64,000 nt of DNA from Octopus sinensis. Its lineage: Eukaryota. A program made the position numbers and the translations under genes. The notes under the pieces were generated by a model. That model saw nothing but the letters and a program-made list of their open reading frames with translations, was not told where the DNA came from and did no database searches. Location of the stretch: contig NC_043000.1 in assembly GCF_006345805.1 (NCBI RefSeq), positions 26,412,001 through 26,476,000 on the forward strand, in the 5' to 3' direction. Numbering within the stretch: position 1 is the stretch's first letter; each line of letters begins with the position of its first letter. Positions 1 to 11,929 of the stretch are shown piece by piece.

Positions 1-129
1 TGTACTTCAATCTAAGATGAATTTGATATAGATGTAAGAACTGTTTTAAGGTAGGATAAAATTGATACAAAAATAACAGTTTACTGCCTTTAGGGGTGAA
101 ATTTCATCCGAGTATTTAGCCTTGCATCG

Positions 130-350
130 TAGCTAGAAATAGTTATCCGACTTGTAGGAAGAAGCGATAATGTTGTTCCTTAGACACAGGTCAACTCTGA
201 CTGCACATTTATGATCAAAGACATTCTAACACTGACCAAACCATGTTTTCTGTACCTGGAGGAAATCAAGACAATAGGGTGTGATACGAAAGATTGTTGG
301 CAGCTATTTCTAGCAGATTGACCGAACACATACAGGCACCATCGTTAGCT
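130..350 (+). repeat. Degraded dispersed repeat (unnamed family)
   Basis: Motifs 'tatgatcaaagacattc..actgacc' and 'cagctatttctagcag' recur at ~25955-26135 (+), ~37690-37860 (-), ~39480-39590 (+) and ~47295-47455 (-). Confidence 0.55.
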
Positions 351-432
351 TTCAACCTGTAAATAGTAAATTATTTTTTTTATGTCATTGAGTGATTCCC
401 GGCATCGATAAAAAGCTTGTTAGTGTAGATTT

Positions 433-775
433 TGAAGGCACGTGGCTTAGTGGTTAGGGTGTTCAGCTCACGATCACGATCGTAAGGTCGTGAGTTCGAT
501 TCCCGGTGGTGCGTTGTATTCTTGAGCAAGGCACTTTATTTCAGGTTGCCTCAGTCCTCTCAGATGGCTAAAATGAGTAATACCTGTAATTCAAAAGGCC
601 AGCCATGCCCCATTCTGTGTCATGCTGAATCTCCCGAGAACTACGTGAAGGGCACGCGTGTCTATGGAGTACTCAACCACTTCCACGTCAGCTTCACAAG
701 CAGGCTGTTCCGTTGATTGGATTGACTAGAAACCTCGTCGTCGTAACCGACACTGTGATAGTTAGTGCAGTTTCG
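433..775 (+). mobile_element. tRNA-derived SINE, head type D with CORE/Meta-like central domain
   Basis: A-box TGGCTTAGTGG, B-box GAGTTCGATTCCC, then 'ttcttgagcaaggcactttatttca...ctcag.tggc.aaaatgagt'. The same head occurs at 21979 and 24585. Confidence 0.8.
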
Positions 776-1103
776 GTGTAAGATATCTATGGTAAATCTA
801 CCTGTGTAATACCAAAGGAAAGGAAAGTATGTTCTCGTTTTCTTAACTCGGAGAAATAATATTAAAACATTAACCTCTAGATCAATAATCGATATCATTC
901 TACAAAAAACAACAGATAAACAAACAAAAAAAACCCAACTCCTCCGCCACCCCCACCCCCCAAATCAAACAAGCAAGAAAGATCAATAAGTTAAAACTTA
1001 ATCTAAATTAAATCAATTAGTGCATCATTACATGATTAATTAAACAATATAATTGGACCTGCCGCTAATATGATTATATTGAATTAATATATAGATGAAT
1101 AAA

Positions 1104-1505
1104 GAGGCGGCGAGCTGGCAGAAGCGTTAGCACGCCGGGCGAAATGCGTAGCCGTATTTGGTCTGCCGCTACTTTCTGAGTTCAAATTCCACCGAGGTCT
1201 ACTTTGCCTTTCATCCTTTCGGGGTCGATTAAATAAGTACTAGTTATGCACTGGGGTCAATATAATTAACTTAATCCGTTTGTCTGTCCTTTTTTGTCCT
1301 CTCTGTGTTTAGCCCCCTGTGAGTAGCAAAGAAATAGGTATTTCGTCTGCTGTTACGTTCTGAGTTCAAATTCCGCCGCGGTCGACTTTGCCTTTCATCC
1401 TTTCGGAGTCGATAGATTAAGTACCAGTTTCGTACTGGTGTTGATCTAATTGACTAACCTCCTTCCCAAAAATTTCGGGATTTGTGCCTAGAGTAGAAAA
1501 GAATA
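1104..1505 (+). mobile_element. SINE family B, dimeric copy with TSD
   Basis: Head gaggcggcgagctggcagaa, two body units each with B-box GAGTTCAAATTCC, tail ttgtgcctagagtagaaaagaat. Flanked by direct repeat agatgaataaag (1093-1104 / 1509-1520). Confidence 0.9.
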
Positions 1506-2581
1506 TAAAGATGAATAAAGCTTTATGCGTCTTGCTATTCATGGAACTTGTTGCCTGTTCACTTAAATGTCATTTGATTATAATATCCAGTCCCTATTTT
1601 TGAACTTTTACTTGTTTTAGTGGACTGCGGTCATGCTGGGGAAATCGTTTTCAAGGATTTTGGCTGAACAAATCGACACCAGTGCTCATGTTTTTCTTTT
1701 AAGTCTGGTACTTTCTATATTGGATTATTTTACTTAAACTAAGTTAAGCGATGACAAATACAAACGTACATACATACATACATACATACATACATACAAA
1801 AACACCCTGTTGCTGATGTTTAAATTCCAATGAAGGACCCTTCAATCTATGTTTGAAACCGACTCTTTCTGTATTGGTAAGAAATCTTGAAATAAATACT
1901 AAACAATGACATACATACATATTAGGTAAAGGTTGAGGACCATGCTGCTACAAAATATTTATATGGAATTGTTTTTGATCTCATGCGTGGGTATTTGAAT
2001 TTTATTTACAATAAATTATTTCAGACCTAAAGTAATATGCTGTTGAAATCTGCTCACCAAATAACTTTTCCGACTAATTATATTCTTTTTAGAACCCTAT
2101 CACACATCAATAACCAAATTTCTATACTCGCGATATCATGGTTTCGCTGAATGTTTAAAGTACGTAAGTAGTCGCAAACAGATATAGAGTCTCTCAACTC
2201 TCATTTTTATTTCCTGGAACCAGCAGAACGTCGAGGCTGTAACAGCTGAGTGAGTGAATGAGAGAGAGAGAGAGAGGGGGGTATTTCTGCATCAGCACTT
2301 GGCTGATACTTAATTTCGGTTGACTAGACTCAAGTTACAAGAAATAGTGTGCATTGCTGAAGGACACAAGTAATATCCTAGACCAAGGACCGGAATTATG
2401 ACCTAATGATCAAAGAGCGCGCACACTTTGTATTAATTAGGCCATAAATCTTTAAGTAACAGATAACTTTATTACAAGGAAAACAGTAAATATATTGAAA
2501 ATGATGCAGGAGAAATTGTAGATTATCTACTTGCATTATAATTATATAATTATATATTTAAATACACACACACATACAGAG

Positions 2582-2613
<32 letters not shown>

Positions 2614-2659
2614 ATATATTAGATATATTATATATTATATATTTATTTATATATATATT

Positions 2660-3035
2660 CTCTTTCATTCTTTTGTTTCAGTCATTCTACTGTGGTCATG
2701 CTGGAGCACCGCCTTTATTCGACCAAATCGACCCCAGGACTTATTCTTTGTAAGCCTAGTACTTATTCTATCGGTCTCTTTTTGCCGAACCGCTTGGTTA
2801 CGGGACGTAAACACACCAACATCGCTTGTCAAGTGATGGGTGTGTGGGTGGGACAAACACACACACATATATATATAGGACGAGATTCTTTCAGTTTCCG
2901 TTAACCAGATCCACTCACAAGGCCTTGGTCAGCCCGTGGCTATACTAGAAGACACTTGGCCAAGATGCCACCTAGTGGGACTGAACCTGACCATGTGGTT
3001 AGTAAACAAGCTACTTATCACACAGCCACTCTCCT
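2660..3035 (-). mobile_element. SINE family A (tRNA head, internal microsatellite), near full length
   Basis: Reverse complement of ggagtggctgtgtgg...gaaactgaaagaa..(TA/TG)n..gctccagcatgaccacagt...gactgaaacaa, aligned by eye to the 19454 and 55671 copies. Confidence 0.9.
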
Positions 3036-3094
3036 GCATATAATATATATATAATATATAATATATATATATATATATTATATATATATAATAT

Positions 3095-3188
<94 letters not shown>

Positions 3189-3470
3189 TATATAATCAAA
3201 TTTGTCTGTCATTGTCCTGGAGCCGATAACCTGTCAAGAATCTAAGGTGTCAGATGTTAGATTCCTTAGAACAACTAGGATGCTCTGCGTTCTGAGTTCG
3301 AATCCAACTGCTCCAGTTTGACTTACTCCGTCACATACTTTAACAACAACCACCTAGTGCTTGTGTGACACTAGCGAAGGAATCCACTCTTTTGCAAGCA
3401 CTCGGGCCATGTCTCACGAAAGGCCTGTTTGGGTATATGTACGAGGGGGGGTGTGTGCTAAAAAAGTTAC

Positions 3471-3659
3471 TAACTTCAAGGGTGTCGCGAAAGCTCTGGT
3501 TGGAGACCCAATCTTCCGAGTTCTTTTACAGGGCTTAGGAAAACACTGAAGTAGCGCTGCAATAAGTCTAAGGATCTGAGAGAGGAATATGTTGAAAAAA
3601 TCATAAATAACCGATTCTCCTGTATTTTCTTTTACCCAAAGCTTGGAACTTTTCATCAT
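3471..3659 (-). CDS. Candidate first coding exon, 63 aa (MMKSSKLWVKENTGESVIYDFFNIFLSQILRLIAALLQCFPKPCKRTRKIGSPTRAFATPLKL)
   Basis: Non-repetitive ORF starting at gaaATGATG. It has a hydrophobic stretch followed by a Cys/basic cluster and a possible phase-0 donor TTA|GTAACT at 3470. No homology recognised. Confidence 0.3.
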
Positions 3660-4710
3660 TTCTTCGTATTTGTGTGTGTGTGTGTATGTGAGTGTGTGTG
3701 TGTGTGTGGTGTGTGTGTGTGTGTGTGTGTGTTATGATACTGTGATTTCACGAGGCTATGCAATCTGTTAAATAATACACACCCACCCACCCATACACAT
3801 TTATATGAGGTGTTAAGGTTGTGTCAGAGGAATGGCTTAAAGCTACCAATACCATTGACATCTGCCTTGTCAACGAGCGACAGAATCAACCAGAGAGAGA
3901 AGAGCTGAAGACAGTGTGTGTGTATATGTGTGTGTGGAGGGGAGTGGGTGTGTGTGTTTGAGAGAGAGAGAGAGAAAGGCAGAGAAAGTGTTAGGCACAA
4001 GAGATACATTAAATCAATAACTTCTATCACCGCAAAATACAAAAAGAGGGGAAAACATTCATCAACGGGGAAGTGGAAAGAGAGAAAAAAAAGAAACAGA
4101 TAGATAGATAGATAGATAGATAGATAAATAGATTGATAGAGACAGGTGGAGAAATGCATTCAATGACTATGTTGTGTAAAGGAGTGTGTGTGTACGGGGA
4201 GGGGAGATCGGGGTTACGTCGGTGAACCGCTTCAGGCTTGTGCTTTCAATCGTTTAGCATTCGAAGACTTCGAAGGTGTACCGTCCGCCCAAAACACCAC
4301 CTACATAATAAATGATTTCTCTGCGAGAATAGGGTTGGTATTTTCGTTGCACTTCTGCTTGCGACTTTGTAGCTGACACAATGACATACTGCGCGAACAC
4401 ACACACACACATACATAGACACACACACATACACACACACTTATAAAGCGTAATATTGCAATGACTGGTATAAACCGGCCCCTCCAAGTGTGAACGCAGC
4501 CAATTTCTCTCTAAGAGAAAGTAAAAAAAAAGAAAAAAAAGAGAAACGAGAAAGAAGAAGAATCGATTCTAGATTGTTTGGTAATATATCGATCCCGAAA
4601 GAATAAAAACAAAGGCGACCCTAGTGGGATTTGAACTCAGATCGCTGAAACACGAAATAAATACTACTTGACATAATAAAAACTCTACCAATCTTCATGC
4701 GCACGCACGG

Positions 4711-4750
<40 letters not shown>

Positions 4751-4809
4751 GTATCTATGTCTATCTATCTATCTATATCTATATCTATGTATATCTATCT
4801 ATATCTATC

Positions 4810-4850
<41 letters not shown>

Positions 4851-5659
4851 TAGATATATATATATATTATATATTATATATATATATAATTATATATATA
4901 TATATGGGGCGGGAGAAAGGTGAGACAGAGAAGGGGAGGGAGACATTGCATGGAGATGTATTTATAAATATACGATATTCCACTTGTAAAAAGTGACTCA
5001 AACAAACAAAGAAACCAATAACCACTACAGCTTGCCGAATGTCTTAGTTGGTCAATCAAAAGACTGACTATACGGGAGGTCAGACGAGATTTTGAGGCCT
5101 TGCAGACAGAACTTGGACAAAAGAAACATAAGTACGTGCTTAGCTTGTAAGAGGTCGCTTTAAAGTCTTATATAAGTCTTAAATCCATCAACAGCATTTC
5201 CCTCAGCTACACACATACACAAACATTCTTCAAACCGACACATTCACAAAACACACACTCATGCCCCCGCACAAGCACGCTTATATACATACATACATAC
5301 ATACATACATACATACATACATACATACATACATACATACATACATCTCTACACATAGATATATGCACCCGCACTCTTTCTCTTTCGTATACACATTAGA
5401 GACTTCGGAAATTATTCTTGTCAGATATAAACAGATAAGTACGATATGTATGAATGTATGAGATTACGAGAACTGATGCTTAGTGATTTCAAATCCATTT
5501 GCAGCAGCAATAGGTATGTATGTATATCTATTGACCAAATAAGAGAAGTGAGAGAATAGATTTTTATTCCATAAGTTGACAGCTGTTTCTTAATCTGTGT
5601 TAGTTACATAAGCAAGGCTACAAAATCCATCATATGCACACACCACATTTGTGTGTGGG

Positions 5660-5693
<34 letters not shown>

Positions 5694-5891
5694 TACAACT
5701 TATAAGATAGTCTTTATAAGAATGTATCAAGTAATCAGCGTGAAAAAACCTCATAAAGGAAAAATGATTAATTATTCACTTTAAATTTACTTATAATTAA
5801 ATAAATATTGTATATTATATGTATATATATATATGTGTGTGCGTGTGTAAGTGTGTGTGTGTGTGTGTGTATGAGTGTGTGTGCGTGCGCG

Positions 5892-5987
5892 TCTGTGTGT
5901 ATGTAATTGTGTAAAATATATACTTGATGATTTTTTGAGTCAGCATCCGATGCGCAAAGGAACATTTCATACCTGATTCTCCTATTA
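5892..5987. repeat. 96-bp local direct duplication, copy 1
   Basis: Identical to 7117-7212 except one base (gcgcaaag vs gcgtaaag). Confidence 0.95.
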
Positions 5988-6269
5988 TATTGCCACTTAC
6001 ACTTGGATTTAACTACTCCTTTATATAAAGTATTATATCAAAGACCATTAGCATTCATCTCCTACGATGGTACTGACACAAGGCCAGAGATTTAGAATCA
6101 GTGAATAATCGATTATATCGATCTCAGGATTTGACTGCTACATTATGCTATTGACCCTGAGGTGGTGAATGTTAGACTACGGTCGCTTTTGAACTCAGAA
6201 TGTTACGAACCGTGAAAAAAAAATTACTCCAACGATTTTACCTGTTTAATACCTAACTAGGTGCAAAAG

Positions 6270-6416
6270 TAGGTGTGTGGTAAGAGTCTTGCTTCCCAAT
6301 CACATGGTTCCAGGTTCAGTTCCCTTGTGTGACACCTTGTACTAGTCTTCTACTATAGCCTCGGGCCGACCAGAACCTTGTGAGTGGATATGGTAGACGG
6401 AAACTAAAAGCCCGTC

Positions 6417-6469
<53 letters not shown>

Positions 6470-6710
6470 ATATATAATGTGGTGTTGTATGTTGTGTGTC
6501 TAAGGTTTGGCCCCCCCACCAACATTGGTTGACAACCGATGCTGGTGTGTTTTTTCGTCCCCGTAACATAAGCGGTTCGTCAAGAGAGAACCGATAGAAT
6601 AAGTACTACTAGGCTTACAAACAATAAGTCCTGGGGCGATTCTCCCGGACTAAAGGGCGGTGCTCCAGCATGGCCGCAGTCAAATGACTGAAACAAGTAA
6701 AAGAGTAAAA

Positions 6711-6712
<2 letters not shown>
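6270..6712 (+). mobile_element. SINE family A, full length
   Basis: Head gtgtgtggtaagagtcttgcttcccaatcacatgg, internal (TG)(TA)n, tail gactgaaacaagtaaaagagtaaaaga. Confidence 0.9.
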
Positions 6713-6760
<48 letters not shown>

Positions 6761-7116
6761 TATATATATTATATATTAGATTTATATATATATACAAGGT
6801 CCAAAAATGCTAAAGATTCAGTATACACCCACGTGACAAAAATTATGAGTTGGAAAATATATTTATATAAATATATGTATACACACACGCCACACACAGA
6901 CCACACACACATATAATGTAGGTATCATTTAGAGGATTTAATACCTCTAAGGGATAATTAAAAGTCGCTCTCCTGGTTATTACCTGGGTAGGTATAGTCT
7001 TTTGTAATGTAGTACGGTAGCAGGTGTTTCGGTTGGTAAACCGTAGTTTAGGTTATATAGGAAGGAAGAAGCTGAGATGAAGGTAGCATTCATCTCTGCT
7101 TCCTCCTTCTTTGTTA

Positions 7117-7212
7117 TCTGTGTGTATGTAATTGTGTAAAATATATACTTGATGATTTTTTGAGTCAGCATCCGATGCGTAAAGGAACATTTCATACCTG
7201 ATTCTCCTATTA
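7117..7212. repeat. 96-bp local direct duplication, copy 2
   Basis: Matches 5892-5987 (offset 1225). Confidence 0.95.
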
Positions 7213-7226
7213 AATTAAAGGCATAC

Positions 7227-7265
7227 CAGCGAAAACCACGAGTTTCTCCTTGTTATTACATCCAT
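7227..7265 (-). CDS. Candidate short first coding exon MDVITRRNSWFSL
   Basis: Good start context aaaATGG, 13 codons, phase-0 donor CTG|GTATGC. Very short, so it could be chance. Confidence 0.25.
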
Positions 7266-7974
7266 TTTCTGATATGTATAACTATGTGTGTGTGTATGTG
7301 TGTGAGACTGTGAATTTACAAATGAGGAAAATACGTATTCCATAATACAGTAGATTTTATATATAAATTTTCGAAGTAAAAGATTCTTCTTGTCGCTAGT
7401 CACACTTTAGTCGTGTTTGCGATGTTCATGGTGAGTTATGTTTTACACGCATGCACCGTACCAACACACATAATCACACGTGATGCATACACGCCTACAT
7501 GTGAGTATATATAATCGCAAGACTCTATACATTATATATGTCAACAGAGTCGGAAAAAAAAAATAACAACCAGAAAATGAAAAAAAAAACTAAAGGTTTG
7601 AGCGAGAATGAAATAAAATAACAGAAATCACGATATCGGAATGTTAGAGGCAAAAAGGAAGTTAGGAGTTATGACACCGGAAATAATATATTCTGAATGT
7701 GGACTGTCGTGAAGTTTAAAGAACAGTAAAAATGTAACAGGCACATTGCAACATATAAGAAAGAAAAAGGAAGAACTTCAATGCAATAAGTAAAAAGGAA
7801 AAATATAAACAAGAACTAGCAAAATCTGTGGAGCCATCACTGACAGTCTAAAAGACAGTTTTCGCAGCACAATATCAAAATAGACAAGAAATTCGATAAA
7901 CTACGAAACATGGATAGAGGCGCGCGAGCACTCATAGACACATTTAAGTACATACAGATATAAACAACCCCCTG

Positions 7975-8087
7975 AAACATGTACATTTATACACATATAT
8001 TTACGTATACATACAAAATATATAAAAACACATATATGCACATATATATATATATATATATATTGTATGTATTAATATGTGTGTATG

Positions 8088-8121
<34 letters not shown>

Positions 8122-8470
8122 ATATATATATAATATATACTACATATATATGCATATATATATATACTATATATAGATATATATGCATATATATACATAT
8201 ATATACATGCATATACATATATATACACACATATACATACATATACATATATTCATATACATCATGTGTTGTATATGTATATATGTACATATATACATAT
8301 AAATATATATATATATACAAATATATAAACATATAAATATATATATATATACAAATATACATATATATACATATACATATATATACATATATATATAGAG
8401 AGAGATTGAGCTATATGTGCATATCACAACACACCCACACCCACACACCCACACATACATACACACGTAT
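7975..8470. repeat. Compound (TA)n/(TACA)n microsatellite
   Basis: Directly visible. Confidence 0.95.
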
Positions 8471-8776
8471 ATATGGAAAGTCCTTAAGCAAGTGCATTAG
8501 TCTTTTCAGCTTATCACTCTCAATGCCAAAGAACCAGCTTAAAGAACGCAAGGGGACATTCAAATCCTGTCGAAATCCTCTCCCTCCTTGCTTCCCCTTC
8601 CTCTCCCTCTTCCTCTCTTATCTCACAAACGCACACATATAAAACATACATACACGTTAATAGAGACTAACAGACGTGCACGAAGGGCGAGAAATAACGT
8701 AGAAAAGCTACAGGAATAATATAATGCGAAAAATATATAGCTTCATTGAGTGAGAATAAGAGGTAAATAGATAGAT

Positions 8777-8839
<63 letters not shown>

Positions 8840-9149
8840 TGTGTGTGTGTGTGTGTGTGAAAGGTAGGGAAATGGAGAAAGTTAGATGAAAAGATACGCA
8901 TAAAGAAATAAAACGATGTTGAGAAAGAACGGTAGAAGATTGAAAAAGCAAAGAAAGACAAGAATTGGAGAAACCAAAGAATGGGCAAAAGTGAGAGAGG
9001 AAGCGAAACAGCAGAAAGGAAAGAAGATAAAGAAGGAAAACAAAACCGAAAGCAAACAGACAACAAGATGACGGGGGGGGGTGAATATGAAGGTGGACTA
9101 TGTATGTGTGTGTTTGTGTGTGTGTATGCATATGCATACATATGTATCA

Positions 9150-9250
9150 TGTGATCACGTGATCACGTGATCGACCAGGTTATCGGATGTTGTTATATAC
9201 AAGTCGCTGGTCACAATGCGCTTTGCATCGTTTTAGTTTTGGAATAATGC
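9150..9250 (-). mobile_element. SINE 3' tail fragment ending in (TCACGTGA)n
   Basis: Homologous to the tail of the SINE at 45398-45480 (ctggtcacaatgcgctt.gcat.gttttag). Confidence 0.75.
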
Positions 9251-9253
9251 GAG

Positions 9254-9289
<36 letters not shown>

Positions 9290-10325
9290 ACAAGAGAGAG
9301 AGAGAGAGAGACAAGAGAGAGAGAGAGAGAGAGAACAAGAGAGAGAGAGAGAGTCGAAGAAGCTATATAAGAGAGGAGGAGATAGTAAAACAAATTAGGA
9401 GAAGAAAGAGAGAAGGACAAGAGAAGAACATAATTGTAGAATTTAAAATAAAGTAAGATATATTGTGGAATAGATAATAGACAAACAGAAGCTAGACAGA
9501 TATACATATATATATATATATATATATCATTATATTATATATAATAGAGAGAGAGAGAGAGAGAGAGAGATAGATAAATAGATAGATAGACAAATAGACA
9601 GACAGATAGATCGATAGTTAGATACAAGGACAGATTGTAAATAGATAGATAGATAGATAGACAGATACATACATACATACATACATACATACATACATAC
9701 ATACATACATAGACAAATAGAAAGACAAATAGATAGACAGATAGATCGATCGATCGATAGATAGATAGATAGATTACTATGTATTCCAATGTGTCTTTAT
9801 CCTACGACAGTCGAAGTCATATCAGTGATATGTGGCTGCTATGTCTTGCTGCTGGACCGACTACATGGGCTTTTTCGAAGAGCGCAGTATAAACTCATAT
9901 ATGTCCCCGTATGTGTGTGTGTATATGTGTTTGTGCGTGTGTGTGTAAGTATGTAATAAATGATACATGTGTATGTCTATGCATATTTTCTGTATTTACA
10001 CTCGTAAGAGATCGATAGTGAGAAAGAGACACCAAGAAAAAATTAAAGGGTGTATGCTTTGTGAGGTCGCTTGTAAGCTTGAGCAGTGAAATAACATATT
10101 CTTACATGCGTATGATAGGCATGGAAAAAGAAAAATGCATGTCAAAGGTTTAGGGTGTTTCGGTGGGTATTTAGATTACCAGATTAGGAGGAAGATAATA
10201 GATTAGATTATATGATCAGAGAGAGAATGGTAAAAGGTTTTGATTGTATCGCGAAAAAATGGAAATTTACTTTTACACGTTTTGTGTTTGCAGCTTAATA
10301 CTTGGAACCGAAGTATACACATGGG

Positions 10326-10326
<1 letters not shown>

Positions 10327-10379
<53 letters not shown>

Positions 10380-10380
10380 C

Positions 10381-10416
<36 letters not shown>

Positions 10417-10440
10417 TAATAATAATAATAATAATAATAT
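10327..10440. repeat. (TAA)n microsatellite
   Basis: Directly visible; abuts the LINE fragment. Confidence 0.95.
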
Positions 10441-10800
10441 GACTTGCTAATAGAAATTGAAAAAATGTGGCATCTCAAGGAAATTACTGTACCAGTGATT
10501 GTAGGATCTCTAGGAATGATAAAAATAAAAAGGTACTGAAACCTATTTTCCTACAGGAAGTGCAAAAAATCGTGTTAACAGGAACGACTCATGTACTGAG
10601 AAGAGCATTATCGCTGTGAAAACAACATCCATTCATGACTTTATTTATTTATTAATTTTTTTAAAATACATATTTTACCTGTGAATTTGCGTGTGTAATC
10701 TGGGAATGCATACAACGAGTTTCTCTGCTCTAGGTGTACGAAAAACACTCGGCGAGAAATGCAAGAAAATTTGAAGAAAGAAGGGGAAAAAAAATACTAA
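10438..10800 (+). mobile_element. 3' end of R4/Dong-like non-LTR retrotransposon (RLE clade), truncated and internally deleted
   Basis: Translates as YDLLIEIEKMWHLKEITVPVIVGSLGMIK..[frameshift]..LQEVQKIVLTGTTHVLRRALSL* (stop 10617-10619). This matches the C-terminal restriction-like endonuclease region (KY.DL..E...W......P...G.LG) as I recall it for R4/Dong. Followed by a 3'UTR. Confidence 0.8.
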
Positions 10801-10801
10801 T

Positions 10802-11324
10802 AGGCGCCGGCTCTCATGGCTTCTGATCTTAACTGATTGGAAGCATTATAATGCACATGATTTGTCTTGGTATAAAAAGACGGGCTACAGCAAATATTCG
10901 GCTCAATACCACAAATTTGCTTGTCAGTTGTTTGACCTTAACCAGTTGAGCATGTCTCTTGGTGGCTGATGATATGTGCATCTATGATCGTGGGGGAATA
11001 GCATAGCCATACGTTGAGAGGAATTCTTTGGGGCTTGGATAATTCACCTTTGGAAACATGGGTGTTTCGTTCAACATCCTTAGCAACCCTTATTCAGGTA
11101 CCTTTTGAGCGGGATCGGCTACCCGACCTGAAAAAATTCTAATGGGCTCCCACCTGCGAGGTCAGGCGCTGTTTATCTTGATATGAGATCACCATGTCGC
11201 ACACATAAGGTTGTGATGCATGCACCTGGTGTACCCTTATCAAACGGGTAGTGACGATGGGTATACTGGGCTTCATATATGTTACCCCAGTATCACTTAG
11301 ATGACATGCACTGGTCTCTCACTC

Positions 11325-11325
<1 letters not shown>
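10802..11325 (+). mobile_element. ~550-bp non-autonomous element bounded by TAA (copy 1)
   Basis: Aligns over its whole length to the reverse complement of 43101-43657. Ends ctctcactc followed by (AAT)n. No tRNA head and no TIR seen. Confidence 0.85.
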
Positions 11326-11357
<32 letters not shown>

Positions 11358-11854
11358 CCTTTCTACTATAGACACAAGAATGATAAATTTGAACTCTACA
11401 AAAGTATAGAATAACCCATCAGATAAATATAAAAAATCAAGCACCACACATATACACATAGTATGTGTATATATATAAATATGCATACACGCACATATAC
11501 TTCTGTGTATGTGTGCATTGTTATATGTATATATGTATATTATATATAATATATTCTATATATATATATACTATAAGTACAAGTGAGATAGGGTTATGAG
11601 TGTAACCCACTATGGGATATCATACTCATTGATGTATATTGTTTTATTCTGTATTATTCTGTTGGATTTGGATGTTCCTATTTAATCTAAATAATTAGTT
11701 AATAAATTATATGAATTGGTATTATCTGGAAGTTGATGATTGAAAGAAATCTATTCCTCCATTTTCTTATTTTGTATATATATATATATATATAGATATA
11801 TATGCATGTAAGTATGTACATATGTATGTATGACAGCCTGATAGCGACTAATAC

Positions 11855-11929
11855 TTTCTCATTAAATACTGTCCTCTTGTCCTCTGTCACCAAAACTGGT
11901 TTTCCACTTTTCTCGTCAACCGCCGCCAT
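11855..11929 (-). CDS. Candidate first coding segment MAAVDEKSGKPVLVTEDKRTVFNEK
   Basis: Strong start context agtATGGCGGCG with an in-frame stop just upstream. Acceptor-like attatttcag|G near 12107. Possible phase-0 donor AAA|GTATTA at 11854 (other GTs are possible). Confidence 0.4.

Noticed and set aside
433-520. tRNA-like sequences here and at 21979, 45600-45677 and 54341
   Set aside because: A and B boxes are present but there is no acceptor-stem closure, and each continues into a SINE body. Not tRNA genes.
7560-7920. Purine-rich stretch with a KIDKKFDKL-like remnant (possible Penelope ORF relic; similar tracts at 27380-27700 and 51650-52010)
   Set aside because: Multiple stops and no diagnostic RT or GIY-YIG motif visible.
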